Below, piece by piece: positions 28,985 through 39,551 of a stretch of 64,000 bases of DNA. The stretch is taken from the NCBI GenBank assembly GCA_963755125.1, contig CAVWIP010000012.1, positions 1 to 64,000 of the forward strand, written 5' to 3'. A program made the position numbers and the translations under genes. The notes under the pieces are model-generated. The model ran no database searches. It was not told where the DNA came from and was given only the letters and a program-made list of their open reading frames with translations. The stretch is from an uncultured delta proteobacterium (GTDB lineage Bacteria > Myxococcota_A > Polyangia > Fen-1088). How positions within the stretch are numbered: position 1 is the first letter of the stretch; each line of letters opens with the position of its first letter.

Positions 28985-30004
28985 ATGCACACTATTGATC
29001 AGCCTTCGTCGACCACCGGCGATCACGCTTCGCATTTCAGCGCGGTCGAGGCGCTGTTCTTCAAGGAAGGCGAAGAGAAGGCCGCCGACCCCGTCGAGGT
29101 GGACAACTTCGACGACCTGGGAGGCGCGACCGCGACCAGACACAGGGTCGGAAAGCCTCGGCGGATGACCACCGCGGCGATCTCGGTTGCCTGCGCGGGC
29201 GTCCTCGCTGGCGTAATCCTGTGGCGGGTCGAAACTCGCAAGGGCGGTGGTGTCCATGTAGCGGCACCTGTCGCAGTTGCCGCTGTCCAGATGGTTCCCC
29301 CGGCGGCTGCCCCGGCTGCGGCCACCGCCCCTGCGCCACAAGCTGCGCCCGCTGCCCAACCGACGGAAGCTCCATTGGTAGTCCCGGCTGTGGTAGGCAG
29401 CCAACCCGCGCCAACGCCGCCGGTGGCAGCCATTGCCCAGTCCGTCCCATCGGCGCCAGAGCCGGCCGCGCCAGAGCCGACTGCACCGGAGCCGACCATG
29501 GCCGCGCCAGAGCCGACTGTGGCCGCGCCGGTTCCGCCCGCGCCCGAAGCTGCGCCCGCCGTTGCGGCTGCCGAACCTCCCGCGAGTTTACCCTCGGCGC
29601 CCGCGGCTGCTGCGCCGCCCGCTGCTACGTTGCCACCGAGTGCCGGGGTATCCGACGGTGACGATCTGCACGCTGCCTGCAAGCGAGCCGCCCAGCAGCA
29701 CCGGGCCAAGGACATCCTGGCGACATGCGGGCAGGCTTTTGCGGCAACCCCGCGGTCCGCGGACATCGCGGTGATCCTCGCCAAGACCGAGTTCGATCGC
29801 GGCCGGTCCAGCCAGGCCGTGACATGGGCTAGGAAAGCGGTTGCTATCGATCCGGACGCCTCCGACGCCTACGTTTTCATCGGCAATGCCGAACAGAATG
29901 CAGGGCATTCACAGGCCGCCAAGGCTGCCTACCAACGTTATCTGCAACTCGCGCCCAAGGGTCGTTACGCCGCCGATCTTCGCGCCGTGCTCAAGTCACT
30001 GTGA
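28985..30004 (+). CDS. Membrane-anchored Pro/Ala-rich protein with C-terminal TPR
   Basis: GAGGAG upstream, one TM, APEPT repeats, ARKAVAIDP..AY..G and YQRYLQLAPKG. Confidence 0.75.
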   Translation: MHTIDQPSSTTGDHASHFSAVEALFFKEGEEKAADPVEVDNFDDLGGATATRHRVGKPRRMTTAAISVACAGVLAGVILWRVETRKGGGVHVAAPVAVAAVQMVPPAAAPAAATAPAPQAAPAAQPTEAPLVVPAVVGSQPAPTPPVAAIAQSVPSAPEPAAPEPTAPEPTMAAPEPTVAAPVPPAPEAAPAVAAAEPPASLPSAPAAAAPPAATLPPSAGVSDGDDLHAACKRAAQQHRAKDILATCGQAFAATPRSADIAVILAKTEFDRGRSSQAVTWARKAVAIDPDASDAYVFIGNAEQNAGHSQAAKAAYQRYLQLAPKGRYAADLRAVLKSL

Positions 30005-30504
30005 AGAGTACGCAGAAGTCTTCGAGACACCTCCTCGATGCGGCCAGCGGGGGCGCCCGAGGATTTTCGTGACGGCGATCCGGTGCGGGTGCTCGAGGGC
30101 AGGCGCCTGCTGGAAAGACCCCTGCGCACCCTGGGCGATCGCACCCTGGAGTTTCGTCTAGCCAAGAATGATCGCACCTTGATGCCCAAATGGGCCGAGG
30201 TCAGTCAGCGCGGACCCACGATCTTTGGCGAGGTTTTGGCCTCACGTTCTGGAGGGGCACCATCTCACACGCCGTTTTCTTGCGGATGCTATTCTCGCAG
30301 AGCCCCAACCGTCGCGGCTCCGGGTGTCAGGGCGCGCGCCGCGTGATCGCATTCTCAAAGATGCGCACGTGATTTCTCTTCCGGAGATGCCGACAGTCCA
30401 CTGATCGGTCGGTGCCCGCAGTGAGGAAGACCGTTCCGGTGTGTGAACACGCGATCTGCGGGAATCTCATGCCTCCCCTCCATGCCGTCCTGCCCGCCCT
30501 AGCT

Positions 30505-32658
30505 TCAGCCCCGCGCCTTGTCCAGCACCTCGCGCACCCGGCGGGTCAGAATCTCGAGCGTGTAAGGCTTGCTCAAGAACTCGATTCCACGTTCCAGCAC
30601 GCCGTGGTGGGCGATGATGTTCTCGGTGTAGCCCGAGGTGAACAGGGTGCGCATCTCGGGGTGCGCCTGGGCCAAGCGATCGGCCAGTTGCCGACCGTTC
30701 ATGCCCGGCATCACCACGTCGGTGACCAGCAGGTGGATGGGCTGGCCGTCGGCGCCGGCCAGCGCCAGCGCGTCGTCGCCGTTGCCCGCCACCAGTACGC
30801 GATAGCCACCCTCGCACAGCACCCGGGTCACGATGGTGCGCACGCGCTCGTCGTCCTCGACCACCAGGATGGTCTCGCTGCCGCCGGTGACCGGCCGCGG
30901 GTCGAGCGGCGGGGTCAACATCTCGGGCGCTCCTGACTCGGCCGGCAGGTAGATCTTGAAGGTCGTGCCCTTGCCCACCTCGGAATAGACCTCGATGTGG
31001 CCATTGCTCTGCCGGATGGCTCCGTAGATGGTGGCCAGGCCTAGGCCGGTGCCCTCGCCGCGTGGCTTGGTGGTGTAGAACGGCTCGAACAGGTGGCGCT
31101 TCACCTCGTCGGTCATGCCCGAACCGGTGTCGCTGACGGCCAGCCGGACGTAGGCGCCCGGCTCCACCAGCGGGTGGCTGCGCTTGTACTCCTCGTCGAG
31201 AGTGACCGTGGTGGTCTCGATGACCATCACCCCGCCGCCCTTCATGGCGTCGCGCGCATTGACCGCCAGATTCACCAGCACCTGCTCGGCCAGGCCCGGA
31301 TCGATCTTCACGGTGGCCAGCCCTGATCCGGGCAGGGTACGCAGCTCGATGTCCTCGCCGATCAGGCGCACCAGCATCTTGTGCATGTGCGCGATCAGCT
31401 CGTTCAGGTCCACCAGACGCGGCTCCACGATCTGCCGGCGTGAGAAGGCCAGCAGTTGCCGGGTCAGCCCGGCTGCGCTCATGGCGGCGTCGCGCACCTC
31501 GCCCAGCAGATCCTGGATGCCCTCGTTGCGCCGCAAGCGATGGTTGGCAATCTCGATGTTGCCCAGGATGGCGGTGAGCAGGTTGTTGAAGTCGTGGGCC
31601 ACGCCACCGGCCAGCCGGCCGATGGACTCCATCTTCACCGCGTGCTGGAGCTGGTCCTCCAAGCGGTGGCGATCCGCCTCGGCGCGCCGCCGCTCGGTCA
31701 CGTCACGGGTAACAGCCATGAACGCGGGCGCGCCGTCCACCTCGGTAAGAGTCACCGTCAACTCGACCGGGTAGGTGCTGCCGTCCTTGCGCCGGTGGGA
31801 CGCGTCCACCCTCACGAAGCCCTTGGCGACCACCTCGCGCTGCACGTCAGCCAGATGATCGAGCGCGTCGGGCGGAACGATCTGGCGCAACGGCATGCCC
31901 AGCAGTTCCTCGCGGGCGTAGCCGAGTTGGCGGCAGGCCGCGCTATTGACCTCGATCACTTTCTCCTCGCGGCTGATCAGGAATATCCCGTCGGTGACTG
32001 TCTCGAACAGGGCGCGATAGTGCCGCTCGCTCCGGCGCGCGGCGTCCTCGTTGGCGTGCATGGCCTGCAAGCGCATGCCCCCGAGAATTGCCTGGTGATG
32101 GCGCAGCACCAGCACCAGGCCGCCGCTGACCAGCACAACGATGAGCATTTCGAAGCCGCTGGTGGCCAGGCGAGGCGGTATGGGGAAGACCATCAGTTCC
32201 ACCATCCCGATGCCCACGATGCTCGCCAGCACGCCGAGCACCCAGCGGTAGGACAAGGCGATGGCGGCGATGAGGACCGGGATGATCCCCGAGGCCAGCA
32301 TGGCGATCTCGTACTGGACCGACCCCAGGAAAGGCACGGTCAACGTTACCGCGGTCGTGCAGGCAAGATAGAGCGCCACGCCCGCCCGGTAGCGGCCCGC
32401 GCGAACCAGCAGAAACGACACCGCGATCAGGACAGCGCCGGCGATGATCCCGAAGACGTCCCGGTCGCGCAGGATGCCGGTCCCGAGCGTGCGTCGCCAG
32501 AACAGATCGCTCAAGGCTAGTCCCAGCATGACGGCGGCAACATGGGCCAACATGAGCACGGCCATCAGACGTGCAGCCGCGCGCTGCTCGGCGCCCTGGA
32601 TGCGCGCGCTGGGTCCGATCAGGCGCTGCCAAAGCGAGCTCTGACCGTTTTCGTCCAA
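30505..32658 (-). CDS. Membrane PAS-domain hybrid sensor histidine kinase / receiver
   Basis: AGGAGG plus TTG start, multiple TMs, PAS, VAHDFNN, NARDA, DTGSG, GTGLGL, receiver VEDD..TDVVMP..KPY. Confidence 0.95.
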   Translation of the reverse strand: MDENGQSSLWQRLIGPSARIQGAEQRAAARLMAVLMLAHVAAVMLGLALSDLFWRRTLGTGILRDRDVFGIIAGAVLIAVSFLLVRAGRYRAGVALYLACTTAVTLTVPFLGSVQYEIAMLASGIIPVLIAAIALSYRWVLGVLASIVGIGMVELMVFPIPPRLATSGFEMLIVVLVSGGLVLVLRHHQAILGGMRLQAMHANEDAARRSERHYRALFETVTDGIFLISREEKVIEVNSAACRQLGYAREELLGMPLRQIVPPDALDHLADVQREVVAKGFVRVDASHRRKDGSTYPVELTVTLTEVDGAPAFMAVTRDVTERRRAEADRHRLEDQLQHAVKMESIGRLAGGVAHDFNNLLTAILGNIEIANHRLRRNEGIQDLLGEVRDAAMSAAGLTRQLLAFSRRQIVEPRLVDLNELIAHMHKMLVRLIGEDIELRTLPGSGLATVKIDPGLAEQVLVNLAVNARDAMKGGGVMVIETTTVTLDEEYKRSHPLVEPGAYVRLAVSDTGSGMTDEVKRHLFEPFYTTKPRGEGTGLGLATIYGAIRQSNGHIEVYSEVGKGTTFKIYLPAESGAPEMLTPPLDPRPVTGGSETILVVEDDERVRTIVTRVLCEGGYRVLVAGNGDDALALAGADGQPIHLLVTDVVMPGMNGRQLADRLAQAHPEMRTLFTSGYTENIIAHHGVLERGIEFLSKPYTLEILTRRVREVLDKARG

Positions 32659-32902
32659 TCCGTTCCTCCTTGGCTGTTGATCCTGGCCGCGGCGATCGAA
32701 CTGCATCCCGACGGCCACGAGCAGCCCGACCTGCGCCAGCGCCGTCTGCCTAGGGCCAATGGTGCCACGATTGGTCCACAACGATCGGCTTTTTGTTTGC
32801 TGGTTCAGACGGGATCGTGCCCGGCAGGATGCCGCACATGGCCATCCCGAAACCGAAACTTCTCCTAGAAATCACAAGCCAATTCGATCAGTCATGTGTC
32901 CG

Positions 32903-32920
32903 CATTTTGGCTTCAAAATG
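32903..32920. promoter_or_regulatory. Palindromic operator-like site between the divergent kinase and Cache/MCP genes
   Basis: CATTTTG-GCTT-CAAAATG in AT-rich intergenic DNA. Confidence 0.4.
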
Positions 32921-32965
32921 TGCAAAACTAACGAATTCTGCATGATGGCTACAAGGAGACGAAAC

Positions 32966-33424
32966 ATGCGCACGGCGATGCTTGCTCTGGTCTTGACGGT
33001 TGCGGCGGTTCCCGCGCTGTCGGCAACCAAGGCGGAGTTCGGCACGGCCAAGGAGGCCGAGGCCATGGTGGGCAAGGCGATCGCCCACGCCAAGAAAGTC
33101 GGGACCGAGAAGGCGTACCAGGATTTCACCAACAAGGCGCCCGGGTTCGTGGACCGGGATCTTTACGTGGTGGTGTACGACCTGCAAGGCAAGGTGCTCG
33201 CGCATGGCCAGAACCCCAAGATGGTGGGCAAGGATCTAATCGACCTGCGCGATCCGGACGGCAAGCTGTTCGTCAAGGAACGCGTGGATCTGGGCAGCGC
33301 CAAGCCCAGCTTCTGGCACGACTACAAGTGGACCGACCCGGTCACCAAGAAGGTGCTCGAGAAGTCGACCTACTGCCAGCGCCACGAGGAAGTTCTTTTC
33401 TGTGTGGGCATCTACAAGCGATAG
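32966..33424 (+). CDS. Stand-alone periplasmic single Cache domain protein
   Basis: AAGGAG RBS, signal peptide, DRDLYVVVYD, AHG.NPKMVGK, DPDGK, W.DYKW..P. Confidence 0.9.
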   Translation: MRTAMLALVLTVAAVPALSATKAEFGTAKEAEAMVGKAIAHAKKVGTEKAYQDFTNKAPGFVDRDLYVVVYDLQGKVLAHGQNPKMVGKDLIDLRDPDGKLFVKERVDLGSAKPSFWHDYKWTDPVTKKVLEKSTYCQRHEEVLFCVGIYKR

Positions 33425-33463
33425 GGCGGCGAGCGTAAGTCAGAATCAGCGAGGGCCGCGTCC

Positions 33464-34990
33464 GTGAAACTTTACCAACGAATCCTGCTGGCTCCGCTGC
33501 TGGTGCTGCTGGGATTGCTGCTGTTTGCCCTGGTTGCTTTCCAGGCGCTGGGCGTCGGCCGCACGGCCTTGCAGGACATCTTCCAGACCCGCCTGGGTTT
33601 CTATCAATCGGTTGGGCAGGTTTCGACCAAGATGGACGCGGTCCACGCCAGCGTGTATCGGCTGGTGACCTGGATTGGAAACTACGATGACGCCAAGGTG
33701 GCCAGGCTGGCCGGTGACCTCGCCCGCCAGACCGACGCCGCCGCGGCCGTGGTCAGTACCCTGGCGTCCGCGTCCAAGATTTCCGCACAGGAGGGCAGCC
33801 ACCTAAAGAGCGCGCTGGAACAGATTGCAGCCTACAAGAAGAGCATGGCCCTGGCGCTCGACCTGGCCACCGCGGACGTGAACATGGGCCTCTCCGCGCT
33901 GCAGACCGCCGATTTCGATTTCCAGAACCTGCGCAAGAACCTCGACGCGCTCATCGCTGAAGAGCACGTTCTGGCGGAATCGGAGCACCAACAGGCGCTC
34001 GATGCCTACCGCCGGACCGCACTGCTCGCGGTGCTGGTCCTGGTGGTGGCGGTGCTGGCCGCGGCGCTGGCGGCTGCCTTCATGACCCGATCGGTGCTGC
34101 GCCAACTGGGCGGTGAGCCCGAGTACGCGGCGCAGGTGGCCCGCGCGGTGGCGCAAGGGAATCTTGGCTTCTCCATCCACACGCGCAAGGGTGACACCAC
34201 CAGTCTGCTGGCGGCCATGCAAGACATGGTGGAACGGCTGACCGATGTGATGGGGGAAGTGCGCAGCTCGGCAGCGGCGCTGACCACGGCCGCCGGCCAG
34301 GTCAGCGATACCGCCCAGCTTCTGTCGCGGGGGACCTCGCAGCAGGCGGCCGCCATCGAGGAAACCACCACCTCGCTGGAGGAGATGAGCGCCTCCATCG
34401 CGCAGAACGCGGACAACGGCCGCGTGACCGAGCAGACCGCCTCCAAGGGCGCGCGCTCCGCCGACGAGAGCGGAACCGCGGTGACCCAGACCGTGGCGGC
34501 CATGAGGAGCATCGCCGAGAAGATCTCGGTGATGGGCGAGATCGCGTACCAGACCAACCTGCTGGCCCTGAACGCGGCCATCGAGGCCGCCCGCGCGGGC
34601 GAGCAAGGCCGGGGCTTCGCCGTAGTCGCCAGCGAGGTGCGCAAGCTGGCCGAGACCAGCCAGGCCGCCGCCCGCGAGATCTCGGGTCTGGCGGTGTCCA
34701 GCGTCGCGGTGGCCGAGCGCACAGGCGCGATGCTGTCGGACTTGGTGCCCTCGATCGACAAGACCGCGGAACTGGTGCGCGAGGTGACCGCGGCGACCGC
34801 CGAACAGTCGGCGACGGTGCAACAGCTAGGCCGGGCCATGGCCCAAATCAGCGAGGTGGCCCAGCACAACGCGGCGGCAGCCGAGGAGCTGAGTTCCACC
34901 GCCGAGGAGATGTCGGCGCAGTCCGCGGCGCTGACCGAGCGGGCCAGTTACTTTCGCGTGCAGGACTCGGACAGGCTGCCGAAGCTCTGA
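33464..34990 (+). CDS. Methyl-accepting chemotaxis protein (four-helix-bundle-type sensor)
   Basis: Two TMs, LGGEP and [27 protein letters not shown]. Confidence 0.96.
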   Translation: MKLYQRILLAPLLVLLGLLLFALVAFQALGVGRTALQDIFQTRLGFYQSVGQVSTKMDAVHASVYRLVTWIGNYDDAKVARLAGDLARQTDAAAAVVSTLASASKISAQEGSHLKSALEQIAAYKKSMALALDLATADVNMGLSALQTADFDFQNLRKNLDALIAEEHVLAESEHQQALDAYRRTALLAVLVLVVAVLAAALAAAFMTRSVLRQLGGEPEYAAQVARAVAQGNLGFSIHTRKGDTTSLLAAMQDMVERLTDVMGEVRSSAAALTTAAGQVSDTAQLLSRGTSQQAAAIEETTTSLEEMSASIAQNADNGRVTEQTASKGARSADESGTAVTQTVAAMRSIAEKISVMGEIAYQTNLLALNAAIEAARAGEQGRGFAVVASEVRKLAETSQAAAREISGLAVSSVAVAERTGAMLSDLVPSIDKTAELVREVTAATAEQSATVQQLGRAMAQISEVAQHNAAAAEELSSTAEEMSAQSAALTERASYFRVQDSDRLPKL

Positions 34991-35096
34991 ACAAGAGCTT
35001 CGGGTTGGTGCGGGCCGTGGCTGTCTGTTTCGCCCACCCATCTAAAATTTGGTCGTCGGCCCGAGCCGCGCCTACCATCGGTTACCAGGAACGAAC

Positions 35097-35816
35097 GTGA
35101 CCGTCTCGACATGCATCGACAACTTGCAAGGGGCCTGCCGGGTGCTGTTCGGCCCGCAGGTGGCGCTCACCCCCGGGTTTCTCGACTCGCTCCAGCCTGC
35201 GATGGTCAAGCACTGCTACCGCAAGCGCGCCCTCGAGGTCCATCCTGACCGGGCGCGGGCCGCCGGCAGGAACCAGCACGACATGACCGAGCTCTTCAAG
35301 GATGTCCAAATGGCGTACCGGCTGCTGGCCGGGTACGTCGCGACCCGCGGCCGGCCGCAACCGCAGCCAGCCATCCGCAAGCGGGCCGCTCCCGCACCTT
35401 GCACGGCGCCTTCCCGCCTCGATCACGTCTGGCCGGGCCCCATCCCGCGACGCCGGCTCCGCCTGGGCGAGTACCTGTACTGCTCGCGGCGCATCTCCTG
35501 GATGGGACTCATCAAGTCCATCGTCTGGCAGAACCGCCAGCGGCCGCGATTCGGTCAGCTTGCCACGCGCCTCGGGCATCTCACCACCGATCTGGTGAAC
35601 CGGGCCCTGGACGCCCGGCAGCCGGGAGAGAAGATCGGCGACGCGGCCTTGCGCCTCGATCTGCTGACCCTGCTCCAGCGCGAAAGCATCCTGCGCGCGC
35701 AGGCGTGCCGCCAGCGCCGCCTCGGGCAGTACTTTGTCGAAACAGGGGTGCTACAGCCAGCCGAGCTGGCGGAGATCCTGCAGCGGCTGCGCCGGCACAA
35801 CGCCAGTGTCGGCTGA
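35097..35816 (+). CDS. J-domain protein with four C-terminal MshEN-like repeats
   Basis: YRKRALEVHPDR..FK....AY..L, followed by RLG/RFG/KIG/RLG 24-residue repeats. Confidence 0.8.
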   Translation: MTVSTCIDNLQGACRVLFGPQVALTPGFLDSLQPAMVKHCYRKRALEVHPDRARAAGRNQHDMTELFKDVQMAYRLLAGYVATRGRPQPQPAIRKRAAPAPCTAPSRLDHVWPGPIPRRRLRLGEYLYCSRRISWMGLIKSIVWQNRQRPRFGQLATRLGHLTTDLVNRALDARQPGEKIGDAALRLDLLTLLQRESILRAQACRQRRLGQYFVETGVLQPAELAEILQRLRRHNASVG

Positions 35817-35825
35817 GGCGTCTTC

Positions 35826-36047
35826 ATGGGAACCCTGAAAGGGTTCCCAAACCCTGGCATCTTACGGGGGCTTGGTTCGCTCTCGCTCACAAGCCCCCGG
35901 TCCCCCCTCGCTCCGCCCAGCAAAGCTGGGCTACGCTCGCCCGAAAAACGGGACGGTGGAGCGAAAAATGTACGCCGTGGCAGACCATCCAACCCTGGCG
36001 ATGGTGCGCCGTCGGCGGAGCCGGCGAGCTCCCCACGCGTGCGCTAG
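35826..36047. repeat. Structured intergenic repeat element, copy 1
   Basis: Starts with hairpin ATGGGAACCCT-GAA-AGGGTTCCCA and ends GCTCCCCACGCG..CTAG. Both ends are shared with 48996-49187. Confidence 0.7.
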
Positions 36048-38035
36048 CCAATCGTCTCAGTGTGGCGGTGGGCTGCCTTTGCCACCTCTGGATCCATGTC
36101 CAGGCACAGGCGCGCCAGCGCGGCGCGGGCCGCCGGATCAGCGTGCTGGGCCAGCGCCTCGACCACGGCCTGACGGACCGGAACGTCGGAATCCTTCGCG
36201 GCGGCGACCAGATGGCGCATGACAACCCGCGAGGAGAAGCGGCTGAGGGCCATGACCGCCGCGCGCCGGATGGCTGCTTCCTCGCTGGCCAGCAGCTTGA
36301 TGAGGGCGGGCTCGGCGACCGGATCTCCGATCTGGCCGAGCGCCTCGATGACCGGGAGGCGAGCCGTGCCGGTTTCGCCCTGCAGGATGTTCACCAGACG
36401 CGACGCCAGCGAGTTGTCGCCCAGGTTCACCAGGGCGCGGATGACTTCCGCGCGCGTTTCCGCATCCATCTCGAGCTGCCGGAGCAAGACCTGGTTGACC
36501 GAGGAGTGGCGCATCTGTCCCAGCGCCGCCACGGCCGCCCGCCGGGTGGACACGTCGGGGTCGGCCAGCAGCGGCTGCAGAAAATCCACCGCGTTGGCGC
36601 CGAGGTGCGACGCCAGCGTGCTTATCGCCTTGCCGCGCAGGGAAGCATCGGGGTCACACAGGCACTGCTTGATGAAGCCGAGCTGCGCCGGATGCGGGTT
36701 GAGCCGCATGATATCCATGGCCAGGGGCCGGATGGAGGGCTGGCTGCCGCATTCCTGGATGAGAGCCATTGTCACCGCCTGGGAATCGAGCTGCGCCAGA
36801 GCGCCCACCGCCGCGTTGCGGACCAGAGAGCTGGGGTCCGACAACAGCGGAGTCAGCGCCGGAGTTGAGTCGCTGTGGCGGAGCCGCGCCAGCGCCTGCA
36901 CCGCGGCTGCGCGCAGGGTCTCGTCGGGGTCGCCCAAAAGAGCCATCACGCCCGTGACCAGATCGCTGGCACCGAGCGCGCCGATGCAGCGGCAGGCGAG
37001 CACCCTGACGTTCTTGTTGCTGCAGCTCAACCCCACGCCCAACGCCGGTGATATCTCGCGCCCGATGGAGACGGCGCAAAACTCGAGCACCTCGCGCAGG
37101 GTGGGATCGCAGCCAGCCAGCACCAGGGTGGTGTAGAGCGGCCGCAGGCGCAGGGCGCGCACGATCTGGGCGCTGGCTTCCTTCTTGCTGACCCCGTGAT
37201 CGCCGGCGAAGGTCTGCTCCTGGGAGGCAGTCAACACCTTGGCCACCCGCATCTGCACATCGGTCGCCTCGGGCGAGGAAAGCTTCGCCCACGAGCCGAT
37301 GTTCTCCAGCAATTTCTCGTCGGGCTGCGACTCGAGCGCCTGACCGATGGCCTTGAGGCACGCTCCGAAGGTCGAGCTGTCCTGGCTTTCGTGCAGCATG
37401 CGGGCCAGATGCCCGAGCGCCTCGGCCGAGCCTATCTTGCCCAGCGCCTCGACCACGCCCAGACGGATGGTCTCGTCGGAGAGCAGCGAGGCCAGCGGCT
37501 CCACCGCCTTGGTGTCGCCGATCTCGCCCAAGGCGTTGACCGCGGCAAAACGCAGCCAAGGATCGCGGTCCAGGATCTTGACCAGCGAGTTGACCGCCAC
37601 CGTCGCGCGCAGCTGGGCCAGACTGTCGATAGCGGCCTGGGCCACGTTGGGATCGGCGTGTTCGAGCAGCGACACCAGGTGCGGAATGGCCGCCGGATCG
37701 CGAGTGCGGCCCAGCACGTTGGCCGCGAACATGACGACCTCGGGGTCACCGTCCTTGAGCGCGCGCAGCAGCGCCGGCACGCTACGCGTGCCACCCCGGC
37801 TGAGCGCCTCCATGGCGGCATTGCGGCGGCGCGAGTCTTTCCCGTCGGACATCGCCTCGATCAGATCGTCGGGGTCGACGGTCTCCGCCGCATCGACGAT
37901 GGCCTGCGATCGTGTGGGGCGATCGATCTGTTCGAGCGCGGCCAGCACGGCCGAGGCCAGCGAGTCGCTGCTGGTGCCCCTGCCGGGCGCAGGGCCCGCG
38001 GGTGCATTGCTGCGAGACTTTGCTTCCGTGGTCAT
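36044..38035 (-). CDS. HEAT-repeat protein, last gene of the chemosensory operon
   Basis: Many L.D.DP.VR..A..ALG repeats and a 4-bp overlap with the upstream receiver gene. Confidence 0.92.
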   Translation of the reverse strand: MTTEAKSRSNAPAGPAPGRGTSSDSLASAVLAALEQIDRPTRSQAIVDAAETVDPDDLIEAMSDGKDSRRRNAAMEALSRGGTRSVPALLRALKDGDPEVVMFAANVLGRTRDPAAIPHLVSLLEHADPNVAQAAIDSLAQLRATVAVNSLVKILDRDPWLRFAAVNALGEIGDTKAVEPLASLLSDETIRLGVVEALGKIGSAEALGHLARMLHESQDSSTFGACLKAIGQALESQPDEKLLENIGSWAKLSSPEATDVQMRVAKVLTASQEQTFAGDHGVSKKEASAQIVRALRLRPLYTTLVLAGCDPTLREVLEFCAVSIGREISPALGVGLSCSNKNVRVLACRCIGALGASDLVTGVMALLGDPDETLRAAAVQALARLRHSDSTPALTPLLSDPSSLVRNAAVGALAQLDSQAVTMALIQECGSQPSIRPLAMDIMRLNPHPAQLGFIKQCLCDPDASLRGKAISTLASHLGANAVDFLQPLLADPDVSTRRAAVAALGQMRHSSVNQVLLRQLEMDAETRAEVIRALVNLGDNSLASRLVNILQGETGTARLPVIEALGQIGDPVAEPALIKLLASEEAAIRRAAVMALSRFSSRVVMRHLVAAAKDSDVPVRQAVVEALAQHADPAARAALARLCLDMDPEVAKAAHRHTETIG

Positions 38036-38445
38036 GTTCCCCGCTCTCCTTGCGTGGCACCGGAGCCGCCGGGCTTGGCGGTGAGCCGCTCGACCACGGC
38101 CAGCAACTTCTGCGGCTGGAAGGGCTTGCGCACGTACTCGCAGGCGCCCGCCTCCAGACCCCGGCGCACGTCCTCGTCGCGGCCTTCCGTGCTGATGATG
38201 ACGACCGGGACTCGCTGCTGCAGTCCGGTCTTGGCGGCCAGATCGAGGAACTCGAGTCCATCCATGACCGGCATGTTCACGTCGATGAAGATGAGGTCGG
38301 GCTCACCGAACTGCTTGATGACCGCGAAGGCCTCCTCGCCATTGCACGCCTGATGGAGTTGCAAGTCCTCGACTTCCCCGAAGGCCGCGCGGAACAGGGC
38401 GCGCACCATGCTGGAATCGTCGACCACCAGGATTGTTCTTTTCAT
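38032..38445 (-). CDS. Single-domain response regulator (CheY-like)
   Basis: VVDDS, DVNMPVMDG, IST, KPF. Confidence 0.93.
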   Translation of the reverse strand: MKRTILVVDDSSMVRALFRAAFGEVEDLQLHQACNGEEAFAVIKQFGEPDLIFIDVNMPVMDGLEFLDLAAKTGLQQRVPVVIISTEGRDEDVRRGLEAGACEYVRKPFQPQKLLAVVERLTAKPGGSGATQGERGT

Positions 38446-38447
38446 TT

Positions 38448-39551
38448 CTACTTTCCTCCGTGAGCTTTTGTACCAGCACCCGGCTCACCACCGTTGGCCG
38501 CGCGCAGGACAGCGGCCGGCAGATCCTTGAGCGCGAGTACCCGGTCGGCGGCCCCGCGCGCGATGGCCTCCTTGGGCATGCCAAACACCACGCAGCTGCT
38601 CTCGTCCTGCGCAAAGGTCGCAGCCCCGGCTTGCTTCATCTCCAGCAATCCCTGCGCCCCGTCGCCGCCCATCCCGGTCATGATCAGGCCGACCGCGTTC
38701 TTGCCCGCAGCCTGGGCCACCGAGCGAAACAACACGTCCACGCTCGGTCGGTGGCGGGAAACCAGCGGCCCGTCGTTGACCTCGGCAAAATAGCGGGTCC
38801 CGCTGCGCCGGAGCACGAGATGGCGGTCACCGGCGGCGATCAGGGCTCGTCCCCGGCCCACGTCATCGCCGCTCTTCGCCTCCCGCACGTCCAGCCGCGA
38901 CGACTCCGCCAGCCGCTTGGCGAACGCCGCGGTGAAACCCGCCGGCATGTGCTGGACGATGAGCATGCCGGGCGCATCGGCGGGCATGGCGGCGAGCAAC
39001 TCGCGCAAGGCATCGGTGCCGCCGGTCGACGCGCCCACCGCGATGATCCGATCAGTCTCGATCTTGGCGCGCCCAGCGGCGATGATCGCATCCGCGCTCT
39101 CCCGGGGCGCGGGCTCGGGCGGCGGGCGGCTGGACCCGATGCGGGCCTGGGCCGCGCCGCGCACCGACTCGATGAGTATGACCGCCGAGTCGTGCAAGAA
39201 GTCGCGCACGCCCACGCGTGGCTTGGCCAGGATGTCAACCGCGCCGAGTTCGAGGGCGCGCAGGGCCAGTTCGCTACCACTCTCGGCGTAGCTGGAGCAC
39301 ACCACCACCGGCAGGGGATCGTCCGCCATGAGCTTGCTCAGGAAAGTCAGCCCGTCCATGCGTGGCATCTCGAGATCGAGCACGATGACGTCGGGGCGAA
39401 AGCGGGCCATCTTCTGCTCCGCGATCAACGGGTCGGCGGCCACCACCACGTCGATGTCCTTCTCGCTCGAGAGCACGGCGGTGAGCGCCTGCCGCACGAC
39501 CGCGGAGTCGTCGATTACCAGTACCTGCAGGCGGCGGGGCGCCTTGCTCAT
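38448..39551 (-). CDS. cheB: Chemotaxis methylesterase
   Basis: Receiver domain plus GASTGG, QHM, RPSVDVLF, MTGMGGDG. Confidence 0.97.
   Translation of the reverse strand: MSKAPRRLQVLVIDDSAVVRQALTAVLSSEKDIDVVVAADPLIAEQKMARFRPDVIVLDLEMPRMDGLTFLSKLMADDPLPVVVCSSYAESGSELALRALELGAVDILAKPRVGVRDFLHDSAVILIESVRGAAQARIGSSRPPPEPAPRESADAIIAAGRAKIETDRIIAVGASTGGTDALRELLAAMPADAPGMLIVQHMPAGFTAAFAKRLAESSRLDVREAKSGDDVGRGRALIAAGDRHLVLRRSGTRYFAEVNDGPLVSRHRPSVDVLFRSVAQAAGKNAVGLIMTGMGGDGAQGLLEMKQAGAATFAQDESSCVVFGMPKEAIARGAADRVLALKDLPAAVLRAANGGEPGAGTKAHGGK

Noticed and set aside
30038..30346. 102-aa plus-strand ORF after the TPR gene
   Set aside because: Only the first half looks coding. No family or RBS, so a possible fragment at best.
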